Source: Desulfuromonadales bacterium
GTDB lineage: Bacteria; Desulfobacterota; Desulfuromonadia; Desulfuromonadales; SZUA-540
Length of the DNA: 64,000 nucleotides
Assembly (NCBI GenBank): GCA_033549025.1
Contig: JAWSUS010000004.1
Coordinates: forward strand, 96,001 to 160,000
Direction of reading: 5' to 3'
The translations under genes and the position numbers were made by a program. Below, in pieces: positions 9,539 through 19,267 of this stretch. The notes under the pieces were generated by a model that was not told the DNA's origin, searched no databases, and worked only from the letters and a program-made list of their open reading frames with translations. Numbering within the stretch: the first letter of the stretch is position 1; each line of letters opens with the position of its first letter.

Positions 9539-10531
9539 TTAGTCTGCGGCGATCTGCAGCACGATTTTGCCGAAGTGACGGTCTTCATCCATCATGCGGT
9601 GGGCTTCCACCACGTCATCGATGGAGAAGGTCTTTTCGATGATGGGCACAATGCTGCGGTCGGCGAATTTGGGCAGCGCCCGGCGGGTGAATTCGGCCAC
9701 GATCTCCCCTTTTTCCGAAACGGGGCGCGAGCGCAGTACGCTGCCGATGATCTGTTGGCGCTTGACCATCATGAGGGCGAGATTGAGTTCCGCCTTGATG
9801 CCGCTGATGACACCGATAATGACCAGCCGGCCCTTGTAGCCGAGGGAGTTCATGTTGGGGGCGAGGTACTTGGCCCCCACGTGATCGAGGATGACATCGA
9901 CCCCCTTCTTGTTGGTAAACTCCTTGACCACCTCGGTGAAGTCGGGGGTCTGGGTGTAATCGATGACCAGGTCGGCACCGAGCTCTTTCACCCGTTCCAT
10001 CTTGCTGGGATGGGCGGTGACGATGAGCTTGGCGTTGGGAGTCAGAGCTTTGGCCAGCTGCAGCGCAGCCGTGTTGACGCCGCCGCCGCCGCCGTGCAGG
10101 ATGGCGGTCTGGCCGTCCTGCAGATCGCCGATCATGAAGACGTTGAGAAAAGCGGTGATGTACGACTCGCACACGCAGGCCGCCTCGGCAAAGCTCATGC
10201 TCTCGGGGATGGGCATCAGGTGGTTGGCGTAGGCCACGGCGTATTCGGCGTAGCCGCCGCCGCCCACCAGGCTCATGACCCGGTCGCCCGCCTTCCACTG
10301 GCTGACCTTGGGCCCCACTTCGGCCACCACGCCGGCCACTTCCAGACCGAGAATCTCCGAATCGCCGGGAGGGGGCGGATACTTGCCCTCACGCTGCACC
10401 AGGTCGGGCCGGTTGATTGAGGTGGCCATCACCTTGATCAGAACCTGGTTTTCACCGGGCACCGGCCGCTCCGCCTCACCCACGCGCAAGACCTCCACAC
10501 CACCAAAACCGTCGAGTTGAACTGCTTTCAT
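9539..10531 (-). CDS. NAD(P)H-quinone oxidoreductase, PIG3/zeta-crystallin (MDR) family
   Basis: MKAVQLDGFGG, NRPDLVQREGKYPPPPG, GGGYAEY and HFGKIVL motifs; SD GGAGG before ATG 10531. Confidence 0.88.
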   Translation of the reverse strand: MKAVQLDGFGGVEVLRVGEAERPVPGENQVLIKVMATSINRPDLVQREGKYPPPPGDSEILGLEVAGVVAEVGPKVSQWKAGDRVMSLVGGGGYAEYAVAYANHLMPIPESMSFAEAACVCESYITAFLNVFMIGDLQDGQTAILHGGGGGVNTAALQLAKALTPNAKLIVTAHPSKMERVKELGADLVIDYTQTPDFTEVVKEFTNKKGVDVILDHVGAKYLAPNMNSLGYKGRLVIIGVISGIKAELNLALMMVKRQQIIGSVLRSRPVSEKGEIVAEFTRRALPKFADRSIVPIIEKTFSIDDVVEAHRMMDEDRHFGKIVLQIAAD

Positions 10532-10788
10532 AATCCCTGCCTCCTTTGGGAAAGATGTCTGGCGAAAAAAGAATAAAACAGCGTGTTGATTATAGGGAAT
10601 CCCTGTGAGGTTGCAACCCCAAATGCGGATGAGAGATAGGCGGTAAGCAGGAAGCACAGAGTTATTTCTGGGAGGCTTGCAGTGCTAAAGAAAGCTGCTC
10701 GGGGTTGACAAACTCCCGATTTGACGTTAAAAAAGCGTCTTTATGAGCGAGCTTGCCATTGACTTTTCACCTGACAGGGGGAGTTTTT

Positions 10789-11463
10789 ATGAAAAAGGAT
10801 ATCCAGGAAAAAGGGGCCATCATTCAGCGCGACAAGGAGACCTATGCGGTGGCTCCCCACATTCCCGGCGGCATCACCAATCCGGCGACCCTGCGCAAGA
10901 TCGCCGATGTGGCGGAGAAATACGGGGCCCAGGCGCTGAAACTGACGAGCGCCCAGCGCATCGCCATTGTCGGGTTGCCCGAAGAGAAGCTGGATGAGAT
11001 CTGGGAGGAGCTGGGGGAGAAGCCCGGCGCCGCCATTGGTCTCTGTGTGCGCAGCGTCAAGATCTGCCCCGGCACCACCTTCTGCAAGCGCGGCCAGCAG
11101 GATTCCGTGACCGTGGGGCTGGAGATGGATGAGAAGTACCATGGCCTGCAGCTCCCCTGGAAGTTCAAGATGGGGGTCTCCGGTTGCATCAACGATTGCG
11201 CCGAAGGGTGCATCAAGGACGTCGCTCTTATTGGCACGCCCAAGGGCTGGAACGTGATGGTCGGCGGCAACGGGGGCGGGCAGGCGCGCCTCTCTTACAA
11301 GCTGCTCGAACATGTGCCTACCGACGAAGAGGCGCTGGCCGTGGTCGATCACATCATCCAGTGGTTCAAGGCCAAGGATCGCAAGTGTCGCCTCGGCAAG
11401 TTCATCGATGAGATGGGCATCGATGCCTTCCGCGACGAACTGCTGCAGGACTTCAAACCCTGA
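10789..11463 (+). CDS. Stand-alone nitrite/sulfite-reductase 4Fe-4S/siroheme-domain protein
   Basis: IQRDKETYAVAPHIPGG, LTSAQRI, CPGTTFC and KFKMGVSGCINDC, giving the four Cys of the NIR_SIR domain. Confidence 0.8.
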   Translation: MKKDIQEKGAIIQRDKETYAVAPHIPGGITNPATLRKIADVAEKYGAQALKLTSAQRIAIVGLPEEKLDEIWEELGEKPGAAIGLCVRSVKICPGTTFCKRGQQDSVTVGLEMDEKYHGLQLPWKFKMGVSGCINDCAEGCIKDVALIGTPKGWNVMVGGNGGGQARLSYKLLEHVPTDEEALAVVDHIIQWFKAKDRKCRLGKFIDEMGIDAFRDELLQDFKP

Positions 11464-11469
11464 GTTGTT

Positions 11470-11499
11470 AAAAAGGGGAGCCAAATCGGCTCCCCTTTG
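11470..11499. terminator. Bidirectional intrinsic terminator
   Basis: AAAGGGGAGCC-loop-GGCTCCCCTTT between convergent genes. Confidence 0.75.
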
Positions 11500-11502
11500 T
11501 TG

Positions 11503-12207
11503 TCAGGGCTGGGCGATGAAGCGGTAGCCGCGGCCGCGCACGGTGAGAAAATGAACGGGGTTGGCCGGGTCCGGTTCGAAGTAGCGGCGCAGGCGGACGA
11601 TGAAGTTGTCCAGCGTGCGGGTCTCCGTGTCCGGCGCCATGCCCCACACCAGCTTCAGCAGTTCAGCGCGGCTGAGAATTTCTCCTTCGCGATCGAAAAA
11701 GATACGCAGCATCTTGATTTCCAGCTCGGTCAGGCTGACCTCTCCGCGGGGGGTGGTGGCCGTCTGTTCCTGCAGATTCACCTTGTTGCCGCCAAAGGCG
11801 TAGAGATCGCCCGGCGGCAACTCTTCCTTGTACCATCCTGAACGTCGCAGCATCCCTTTAATCCGCAACAGGAATTCGTCCAGGCTGAAAGGTTTGGTCA
11901 GGTAATCGTCGGCCCCGGCGGCGAGGCCTTTGACGCGGTCCCGCTCCTGGGAGCGGGCGGTGAGGATGAGGATGGGCAGGCGCGGGCTCTTTTCACGGAT
12001 CTGCCGGCACACTTCGAGGCCGTCGATGCCCGGCAGGGAGAGATCGAGCACCAGCAGGGAGAAGGATTCCCGGTTGAAGGCGTCCAGGGCCTTCTCGCCG
12101 CTGCCGGCGTGGGTGACGGCGTAGCCTTCGGCTTCAAGGTTGAAAAGGAGCCCTCGGGCGAGGCTCGGCTCGTCTTCCACCAGCAGAATGCGGGCTTGGG
12201 GCATCAT
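11503..12207 (-). CDS. OmpR/PhoB-family response regulator
   Basis: ILLVEDE, LDLSLPGIDG, GADDYLTKPF receiver motifs and a winged-helix TVRGRGYRF end. Confidence 0.93.
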   Translation of the reverse strand: MMPQARILLVEDEPSLARGLLFNLEAEGYAVTHAGSGEKALDAFNRESFSLLVLDLSLPGIDGLEVCRQIREKSPRLPILILTARSQERDRVKGLAAGADDYLTKPFSLDEFLLRIKGMLRRSGWYKEELPPGDLYAFGGNKVNLQEQTATTPRGEVSLTELEIKMLRIFFDREGEILSRAELLKLVWGMAPDTETRTLDNFIVRLRRYFEPDPANPVHFLTVRGRGYRFIAQP

Positions 12208-13160
12208 TCCCTCTCCTTGACCGGTGAAGTCAGGGGGAGGGTGATGTGCACGGTGACTCCCTTGTTCAACCCCTCACTCTCGATCCAGACCTTGCCGCGG
12301 TGCAGCAGAATGACGGCCCGGATGATGAAGAGGCCCAGCCCGCTCCCCCGGATCGTCTCCCCGCCGGACTTGACCCGGTAAAACATGCGGAAGACTCTCT
12401 TTAGCTCTTTTTTCTCCAGGCCCCGGCCCTGATCGGCAAAGGTCAGGTGCGCCTGGTCCCCTTCGGCTTGAAGGGTCAATTTGAGGACAGGGGGGCCATT
12501 GCTGTAGAGCAGGGCATTCTCGAGAAGGTTGCGAAAGACGGCCTTGAGCCAGTCGGTGTCGGCGCGCACATGGATTTCGGGGGCGATGTCCAGCGCCATG
12601 GTGCCTGCCTTGGGCAGGGCGTACTGCTGGGGCCGAAAGTAGTTGCTGACCATTTCGGACAGGTTACAGGGAGTCAGGTTGAGTTTGAGTCCCCGCTGCT
12701 CCAGGCGGTTGGCGGCTAAGAGGTTGTTCACCAGGGTGTTCAGCCGGTCGGTGTCGGCCAGCATGGTGTCGAGAAAGGTATCCATCTGCTCCGGGTCGGG
12801 CTGGCGGCGGCGAATGGTTTCGAGGTGCAACTGGATGGAGGCGATGGGGGATTTGAGCTCATGGGTCACCTGGGCGATGAACTGGTGCTGGGCCCGGTAA
12901 AGGGCTGATTGCCTGCGCCAGTAGAGAAAGATGACGTAGACCCCGGCCAGAATGGCCCCGAGCAACAGCAGCCCCTCGATCAGGATGAGCCAGTCCCAGC
13001 CCCGCTGCAGCAGGTCGGGGCTGTATTGTTCGGCCAGGACGCGCAGGCGCCGGTGACTTCCCATGAACCAGGAAACCCAGGAGATGACGATGATCACCCA
13101 GATGAGCTGGACGGCGACAAAGGCGAAGAGCGGATTGATAACGCGGCGAAAGAGCTTCAT
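12204..13160 (-). CDS. Sensor histidine kinase with two TM helices and a short extracytoplasmic loop
   Basis: HELKSP H-box, NLLENALLY, DQGRG and GSGLGL; overlaps the regulator start. Confidence 0.92.
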   Translation of the reverse strand: MKLFRRVINPLFAFVAVQLIWVIIVISWVSWFMGSHRRLRVLAEQYSPDLLQRGWDWLILIEGLLLLGAILAGVYVIFLYWRRQSALYRAQHQFIAQVTHELKSPIASIQLHLETIRRRQPDPEQMDTFLDTMLADTDRLNTLVNNLLAANRLEQRGLKLNLTPCNLSEMVSNYFRPQQYALPKAGTMALDIAPEIHVRADTDWLKAVFRNLLENALLYSNGPPVLKLTLQAEGDQAHLTFADQGRGLEKKELKRVFRMFYRVKSGGETIRGSGLGLFIIRAVILLHRGKVWIESEGLNKGVTVHITLPLTSPVKERE

Positions 13161-13201
13161 GGGCCATCTTTATCATTTCGCGAGGCGGTGAACAAGACCT
13201 A

Positions 13202-13230
13202 TGTCACAAAGGTTTTACATAACTATTACA
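13202..13230. promoter_or_regulatory. Three 11-bp-period direct repeats (OmpR-family-type box)
   Basis: TGTCACA-N4-TTTTACA-N4-TATTACA in the divergent promoter region. Confidence 0.55.
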
Positions 13231-13307
13231 ATTGCCTTGGCCATCTTCTGCTAGGCTGTCTTCAGTTCAGAAACCGCCAGCGATGGCTGCAGCCAAGGAG
13301 ATTGACC

Positions 13308-14405
13308 ATGACAAAGCCTTTGACCATTGGTAAACATACGGCCCGTTTTCCCGTTATTCAGGGCGGAATGGGCGTGCGCGTTTCCGCTGGCCGCCTGGCC
13401 GGAGCCGTGGCCCGCAGCGGCGGCATCGGTCTGGTTGCTGCCGCCGGCATGGCCCTGAACAGCAGCCGCTACGACGGCAAAAACTACTTTACCGCCGATC
13501 CGCTCGCGCTGAAGGATGAAATCGCCAAGGCCTACGCCATGGCTCCCGACGGCATCGTCGGCACCAACTGCATGGTCGCCGTCACCAATTTCGATGAAAT
13601 GGTGCGGGCTTCCTGCGAGGGCGGCGCCAAGGTCATCGTCTGTGGTGCCGGCCTGCCCTTGAACCTTCCCGGCCTCACCACCGATTATCCCGACGTAGCC
13701 CTGATCCCCATTGTTTCGTCCGTCAAGGCGGCCGAGCTCATCGCCCGCAAATGGAAGAAGGGGTATGACCGTCTTCCTGACGCCGTGGTTGTGGAAGATC
13801 CGGACACGGCCGGTGGCCACCTGGGCGAGAAGCTGGAAAAAATCGGTGACGGCACCTACGATCAGTATGCGACGGTGCGCGGCGTCAAAGCCTATTTCCG
13901 CGAGGAATGGAATCTGGATATCCCCATCATCGCCGCCGGCGGCATCTGGGATCGCCAGGATCTTCTCAACGCGCTGGAGCAGGGCGCCGACGGCGTGCAG
14001 ATGGCCAGCCGCTTCGTCTGCACCGAAGAGTGCGACGCTTCGGACGCTTTCAAGGAAGCCTATCTGAACTGCCGTCAGGAAGATATCGGACTGATCATGA
14101 GTCCGGCGGGACTTCCCGGCCGGGCCATCAAGGCCAATATCGACAAGGTGCGTCAGCGGGACGTGGATCTGGATGTGCGCTGTCCTTCCGGCTGCCTGAA
14201 GAAATGCGCCTACAAGACCGACCAAGAGCGCTTCTGTATCGTCCACGCCCTCGACCGGGCCCAGCGCGGCGACGTGGAGACGGGACTGGTCTTCTGCGGC
14301 ACCAACGCCTGGAAGGCCGACCGCATCACCACGGTGCAGGCCATCTTCGACGAACTCTTCGACCTGGCGAAACAGGAGGCGGCGCCGCAGGCGGTCAATC
14401 ACTGA
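13308..14405 (+). CDS. Nitronate monooxygenase/FabK-family flavoprotein with a C-terminal Cys cluster (FabX-like)
   Basis: IQGGMGV, GAGLP, AGGHLG, AAGGIW and GVQMASRF motifs; CPSGCLKKC-x9-C; SD AGGAG before ATG 13308. Confidence 0.82.
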   Translation: MTKPLTIGKHTARFPVIQGGMGVRVSAGRLAGAVARSGGIGLVAAAGMALNSSRYDGKNYFTADPLALKDEIAKAYAMAPDGIVGTNCMVAVTNFDEMVRASCEGGAKVIVCGAGLPLNLPGLTTDYPDVALIPIVSSVKAAELIARKWKKGYDRLPDAVVVEDPDTAGGHLGEKLEKIGDGTYDQYATVRGVKAYFREEWNLDIPIIAAGGIWDRQDLLNALEQGADGVQMASRFVCTEECDASDAFKEAYLNCRQEDIGLIMSPAGLPGRAIKANIDKVRQRDVDLDVRCPSGCLKKCAYKTDQERFCIVHALDRAQRGDVETGLVFCGTNAWKADRITTVQAIFDELFDLAKQEAAPQAVNH

Positions 14406-14433
14406 AAAGGTTGAGTGAAAGCAAGATGATGAG

Positions 14434-14465
14434 AAGGCAGGAGCGATCCTGCCTTTTCCTTTTTT
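14434..14465 (+). terminator. Intrinsic terminator
   Basis: AAGGCAGGA-GCGA-TCCTGCCTT followed by a T-rich tract. Confidence 0.7.
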
Positions 14466-14567
14466 GAAAAGGGGCAGCACCCTGTATCCTAAGAGCTTGT
14501 CATTGCTGAGGGATATGGTGTAAGATCTGGCGGAGTTTTTAATCCGCAAAACCGATAAGGAGTCGGC

Positions 14568-15677
14568 ATGGCCAAGACGGAAGAGTTTATCCCCAAGTGG
14601 ATCGCTTGGGAAAGCACTCAGCGCTGCAATCTCAACTGTGTACATTGCCGCTGCTCTTCGGATCTGCAGTCCTCCGAGGGGGATTTCACTACCGAAGAGG
14701 CGTTCAAGCTGATTGACGACATCTGCGAGGTGTCCAAGCCGGTGATGGTACTTTCCGGCGGCGAGCCCCTCATGCGCAAGGATATCTTCGAGATCGCCCG
14801 CTATGGCACTGAAAAGGGGCTGCGCATGTGCATGGCCACCAACGGCACCCTCATCACCGACGAGGTCTGCCGGCAGATGAAGGAGGCGGACATCAAGATG
14901 GTCTCCCTCTCCCTCGACGGCTCCACCGCGGCCATCCACGACGATTTCCGCAACTGCCCCGGCGCCTTTGAGGGGACGATCCGCGGCGCCGAGACCCTCA
15001 AGCGCAACGGCATCAAGTTTCTCATCAATTCTTCCTTCACCAAGCGCAACCAGAAGGACATCGCCGCCACCTTCAAGCTGGCCAAGAGCCTGGGGGCGAC
15101 GGCCTGGTACATGTTCATGATCGTACCCACCGGCCGCGGCGAGGAGATCATGAACGAGCTCATCTCCAAGGAGGACTACGAGGAAATTCTGGCCTGGCAC
15201 TACGAACAGGAGAAGAACGAGGACGACATCCTCATGCGCCCCACCTGCGCCCCGCACTACTACCGCATCGTACCGCAGATGGCCAAGGCCGAAGGGGTCG
15301 ACTTTCAGCGGCGCAGCCTGACCTTTTCCACCGGCGGCGGCAAGGGCTGCATCGCGGCCCAGACCATCTGCCTTATCGACTGCTTCGGCAACCTCAAACC
15401 CTGCTCCTATTTCCACTCCTCCGTCGGCAACGTCAAGCAGATCCCCTTCAAGGAGCTCTGGTTCAGTTCCAAGGTGTTCAACGATCTGCGTGATTTCAAG
15501 AAATATCAGGGCAAGTGCGGCGAGTGTGAGTTCATCAACGTCTGCGGCGGCTGCCGGGCCCGGGCCGATGCCGTGTACGGAGACTACATGGCCGAGGAGC
15601 CCTTCTGCAACTACATCCCCAGCCGCACGCGCAAGCGCATGGAGAAGGAAGCGGCGGAGAACGCGGCAAAATCGTAG
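14568..15677 (+). CDS. ahbD: Radical SAM/SPASM heme biosynthesis protein, AhbD/NirJ-like (probable coproheme decarboxylase)
   Basis: CNLNCVHC radical SAM motif, [14 protein letters not shown] and SPASM Cys (CGEC..CGGC); first gene of the hemE-hemH unit. Confidence 0.72.
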   Translation: MAKTEEFIPKWIAWESTQRCNLNCVHCRCSSDLQSSEGDFTTEEAFKLIDDICEVSKPVMVLSGGEPLMRKDIFEIARYGTEKGLRMCMATNGTLITDEVCRQMKEADIKMVSLSLDGSTAAIHDDFRNCPGAFEGTIRGAETLKRNGIKFLINSSFTKRNQKDIAATFKLAKSLGATAWYMFMIVPTGRGEEIMNELISKEDYEEILAWHYEQEKNEDDILMRPTCAPHYYRIVPQMAKAEGVDFQRRSLTFSTGGGKGCIAAQTICLIDCFGNLKPCSYFHSSVGNVKQIPFKELWFSSKVFNDLRDFKKYQGKCGECEFINVCGGCRARADAVYGDYMAEEPFCNYIPSRTRKRMEKEAAENAAKS

Positions 15678-15723
15678 GGGCGCAATTCATTGCGCCCTGG
15701 GCGGCATCGCATGGCGCCCCTAC
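15674..15723. repeat. Inverted pair of GTAG-type REP-like palindromes
   Basis: GTAGGGGCGCAATTCATTGCGCCC followed by an inverted copy ending CGCCCCTAC. Confidence 0.65.
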
Positions 15724-15757
15724 CGATGGTTTAATTTCACAGGAGGAACCGGATCAC

Positions 15758-16786
15758 ATGAGTACTGAATACAATTTCATCAAGGCCTGCTGGGGCCAGC
15801 CCGTTGACCGCACTCCCGTCTGGCTCATGCGTCAGGCCGGCCGCTATCTTCCCCAGTACATGGAGGTCCGCAAGAAGGTCTCCTTCCTCGAACTGTGCAA
15901 GACGCCGGAACTGGCTGCCGAGGTCACCATCCAGCCCATCGATTACCTGGGTGCCGACGCCGCCATCCTCTTTTCCGACATCCTGACCCCGGTGGAGCCC
16001 ATGGGGCTCAAGCTCGACTTCGTCCCCGGGCCGGTCTTTGAAAACCCGGTGCGCACCAAGGCTGACATCGACGCCCTGCGCATCCCCGTGATGGAAGAGG
16101 ACGTCCCCTATGTGCTCGAGACCATCAAGATCCTGCGCCGCGAGTTCGAAGGCCGCGTTCCCCTCATCGGTTTCGGCGGCGCCCCCTTCACTCTGGCCTG
16201 CTACATGGTGGAAGGCAAGGGGAGCAAGGATTTTGCCCAGATCAAGCGCATGATGTACGGGGCGCCCGAGCTCTATGCCGCCCTCATGGACAAGGTCACC
16301 GAGATGGACCGCCAGTACCTCAACGCCCAGATCGCCGCCGGAGCCCAGGCCATCCAGATCTTCGACACCTGGGGCGGCATCGTCTCCCCTCTCGATTACG
16401 AAAAGTACATCCTGCCGTACACCACCAAGCTCATCAACGGCCTCAACCGCAAGGACATCCCCATCATCCACTTTGTCAAGGGATCGGGGACCATGCTCGA
16501 TATCGTCAAGAAAGCCGGCTCCGACGTGGTCGGGCTCGACTGGCATCTCGGCCTCGGCAAGGCCCGGGACATTCTCGGCGCCGACATCGCCGTACAGGGG
16601 AACCTCGACCCCACGGTCCTCTACGCCCCCAAGGCGCACATCGAAACGGAGGTCAAGCGCATCCTCGATGAGAACGCCGGCCGACCGGGCCATATTTTCA
16701 ACCTCGGCCACGGTATCCTGCCCACGGTCGACCCCGAGCACGCCAAATTCATGGTCGACTGCGTGCACCGCCTCAGCCAGAAGTAA
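15758..16786 (+). CDS. hemE: Uroporphyrinogen decarboxylase
   Basis: PVWLMRQAGRYLP, AAILFSDIL, QGNLDP and FNLGHGI motifs. Confidence 0.96.
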   Translation: MSTEYNFIKACWGQPVDRTPVWLMRQAGRYLPQYMEVRKKVSFLELCKTPELAAEVTIQPIDYLGADAAILFSDILTPVEPMGLKLDFVPGPVFENPVRTKADIDALRIPVMEEDVPYVLETIKILRREFEGRVPLIGFGGAPFTLACYMVEGKGSKDFAQIKRMMYGAPELYAALMDKVTEMDRQYLNAQIAAGAQAIQIFDTWGGIVSPLDYEKYILPYTTKLINGLNRKDIPIIHFVKGSGTMLDIVKKAGSDVVGLDWHLGLGKARDILGADIAVQGNLDPTVLYAPKAHIETEVKRILDENAGRPGHIFNLGHGILPTVDPEHAKFMVDCVHRLSQK

Positions 16787-16793
16787 CGCGTAC

Positions 16794-16848
16794 GGGGTGA
16801 GGCGAGAGACGAGGTCATAACGCCTCTCGCCTCACCCCTCACCCCTCT
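16794..16848. repeat. Hairpin built from 7-nt repeats
   Basis: GGGGTGA GGCGAGA ... CGCCTCT CGCCTCA CCCCTCA CCCCTCT between hemE and hemH. Confidence 0.6.
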
Positions 16849-16863
16849 CGGGTTATAGCCATC

Positions 16864-17841
16864 ATGGATTCTGACAAACCGATCGGCATTGTTCTGCTCA
16901 ACATGGGAGGACCCGACTCGTTGGAGGCGGTGGAGCCCTTTCTCTACAACCTCTTTTCCGACCGGGAGCTGATCCGCCTGCCGCTGGGGGCTTTGCTGCA
17001 GCGTCCTTTCGCCCGGCTGATCTCCTTCTTTCGGGCCAAAAAGGTTCGGTTGAATTATCGCGCCATCGGCGGCAAAACGCCCCTGCTCATGTGGACGCAG
17101 CGGCAGGCCGAGGGCGTGGCCAGGGCTCTGGGCACCTCCTTCAAGCCTTATGTGGCCATGCGCTACTGGCATCCTTTCGCCCTGGAGACCCTGCGCCAGA
17201 TGCGGGCCGACGGGGTGGAGCGGGCTGTGGTGCTCTCCATGTATCCCCATTACACCGGCGCGACGGGAGGGAGCAGCCTCAACGACTTTCGCCGCGCCGC
17301 CCGCGAGAATCATCCCGACCTGCAGTTTACCGTCATCGACCAGTGGTACGACTGGCCGGGTTACCTTGACGCCCTGGCCCAGCGCGTGCGGGAGGGGCTG
17401 GAGCAGTTCCATGAGCTGCGGCGGGACGACGTGCAGATCCTCTTTTCCGCCCATGCGCTGCCGCAGAAGTTCATCGACCGCGGCGATCCTTATCTCGAAC
17501 ATATCCTGGCTACGGTCAAGGGGGTGATGGAGCGGGTGGGTGAGCGTCCCTGGCATCTCGGCTTTCAGAGCCGCAGCGGTCCCGTCACCTGGATGGAGCC
17601 GGACACCGTCGAGGTCATCGACACCCTGGCGGCGGAAGGGCACAAGGCCGTCCTCATGGTGCCGATCTCCTTCGTTTCCGACCACATCGAAACCCTGCAC
17701 GAGATCGACATCGAGTATGCCGAACACGCCTACAAGGCCGGCATCCCCTCCTTCCAGCGGGTGCCCTCTTTAAACGATCACGACGATTTTATCCAGGCCC
17801 TGGCCGGACTGGTGCGCGACACTCTGGAGAAACCGGCATGA
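16864..17841 (+). CDS. hemH: Ferrochelatase
   Basis: LLNMGGP, FSAHALP, GFQSRSGP and FVSDHIETLHEID motifs. Confidence 0.95.
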   Translation: MDSDKPIGIVLLNMGGPDSLEAVEPFLYNLFSDRELIRLPLGALLQRPFARLISFFRAKKVRLNYRAIGGKTPLLMWTQRQAEGVARALGTSFKPYVAMRYWHPFALETLRQMRADGVERAVVLSMYPHYTGATGGSSLNDFRRAARENHPDLQFTVIDQWYDWPGYLDALAQRVREGLEQFHELRRDDVQILFSAHALPQKFIDRGDPYLEHILATVKGVMERVGERPWHLGFQSRSGPVTWMEPDTVEVIDTLAAEGHKAVLMVPISFVSDHIETLHEIDIEYAEHAYKAGIPSFQRVPSLNDHDDFIQALAGLVRDTLEKPA

Positions 17842-18020
17842 AAACCTGCGCCATCTGCGGCAAGACCTTCGACCCCGAGGCTCCGCTCGATAATCCCAGT
17901 GAACAGGCCGGTCTGCACATGGCCCGCGAGCTCTATGACGATGCCGACCAGCTCTGCCCCCAGTGCCTGTCCAATCGCGGCACCCTGGGGATGATGTACT
18001 GCACCGAGTTCTACGGTTGA
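17838..18020 (+). CDS. 60-aa Cys-rich (2x CxxC) protein coupled to hemH
   Basis: ATGA overlap with the hemH stop, SD GGAG, CAIC and CPQC motifs, terminator immediately after. Confidence 0.7.
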   Translation: MKTCAICGKTFDPEAPLDNPSEQAGLHMARELYDDADQLCPQCLSNRGTLGMMYCTEFYG

Positions 18021-18041
18021 AAATCGTTTCAGCGCCCAAGC

Positions 18042-18076
18042 AAAAAGGGCCTCCCGCAGTGGGGAGGCCCTTTTTT
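18042..18076. terminator. Bidirectional intrinsic terminator
   Basis: AAAAAGGGCCTCCC-loop-GGGAGGCCCTTTTTT. Confidence 0.8.
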
Positions 18077-18966
18077 CATAGCCCGTTTTTTTGCAGCTCT
18101 TCCAGCAGTTTTCGCTGCCTGTCGGTAAGTTTCTGCGGCACTTCCACCTCGATGATGGCGTAGAGGTCGCCTTTTTCCTGCTTGCCGCTACCGGGCACCC
18201 CAAAGCCCTTGAGGCGGATCTTCTTGCCGGCCGAGGTGCCGGCGGGCACCTTGACGCGTTTGGGGCCTTCCAGGGTGGGAACCTCCACCGACGTACCGAG
18301 ACAGGCGCCGCTGAAGGGAACCTGCACGCGGGCGTAGAGGTCCTGGCCCTCGCGGGTCAGGGCGGGGTCCGGATCCACCTTGATTTCCAGGTAGAGATCG
18401 CCGGGCGGGCCTCCCATGGGGCTGGGGCCGCCCTTGCCGGCAACACGCAGCTTCTTGCCCGGCTCGACCCCGGCGGGGATGCGGACCTGCAGGTGCTCCA
18501 CCTGGTCGCCCTGTTTGTAGTCGACCCGGCGCTCGCCGCCGAGGACCGCCTGGCGAAAGGGGATGGTAAGGGACATCAGGTAGTCCTGCCCCTTGACCGC
18601 CTGCCGGCGGGTGGAGCCGGTGAAGGGGGCTTTGCGGCCGCCGCCGAACAGGTGGCTGAAGATATCGTCGGTGCCGAAACCGAATTCGCGGAAGATATCC
18701 CCCACATCGAAGTCGCGGTAAATGTCTTCCTGGCTGTAGCGCTGGTGGAAGCCGGTCGAGCCGAACTGGTCGTACTGCTTCTTTTTGTCGGGATTCGACA
18801 GCACGGCGTAGGCCTCGGTAATCTCCTTGAAGCGCTCTTCCGCCTTCTTGTCGCCCGGATTTTTGTCCGGATGGTATTTCAGGGCCAGCTTGCGGTAGGC
18901 CTTCTTGATCTCTTCGGCTGAGGCCTCCTTGGCCACGCCGAGCACGTCATAGTAATTCTTGGTCAT
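18076..18966 (-). CDS. DnaJ class II (CbpA-like) co-chaperone
   Basis: J domain with HPD, G/F region and C-terminal domain; no zinc finger. Confidence 0.9.
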   Translation of the reverse strand: MTKNYYDVLGVAKEASAEEIKKAYRKLALKYHPDKNPGDKKAEERFKEITEAYAVLSNPDKKKQYDQFGSTGFHQRYSQEDIYRDFDVGDIFREFGFGTDDIFSHLFGGGRKAPFTGSTRRQAVKGQDYLMSLTIPFRQAVLGGERRVDYKQGDQVEHLQVRIPAGVEPGKKLRVAGKGGPSPMGGPPGDLYLEIKVDPDPALTREGQDLYARVQVPFSGACLGTSVEVPTLEGPKRVKVPAGTSAGKKIRLKGFGVPGSGKQEKGDLYAIIEVEVPQKLTDRQRKLLEELQKNGL

Positions 18967-19267
18967 GCGGTCTCCTGCTTATGTAGAGCCTGTGTCGGAA
19001 CTTACTATAATTACGCCTGCCCGCTGCGTCAAGCGCGCCCGGTCAAAATGCAGGGGTAAAGGCACATTCCTTGCTTTGTATGGAGCCTGAATGTGACGCA
19101 GGACGGTCCGCCAAGACAGAGAGTGCAGGTTCCGCTTGACCCCGCCGGTGGGCTGTTCTATGTTTTTTCGTGCGGGTGTGGGTTGAAAATACCCATCTTC
19201 CCGGTTATTTGACCAGGTCGGTCCAGGTCCTTTGAATCCATTCCATCCTCCAACCCAAGGAGCTACG

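Noticed and set aside
13238..13252. TGGCCATCTTCTGCT as a sigma54 promoter
   Set aside because: GG-to-GC spacing is 9 nt, not the required 10.
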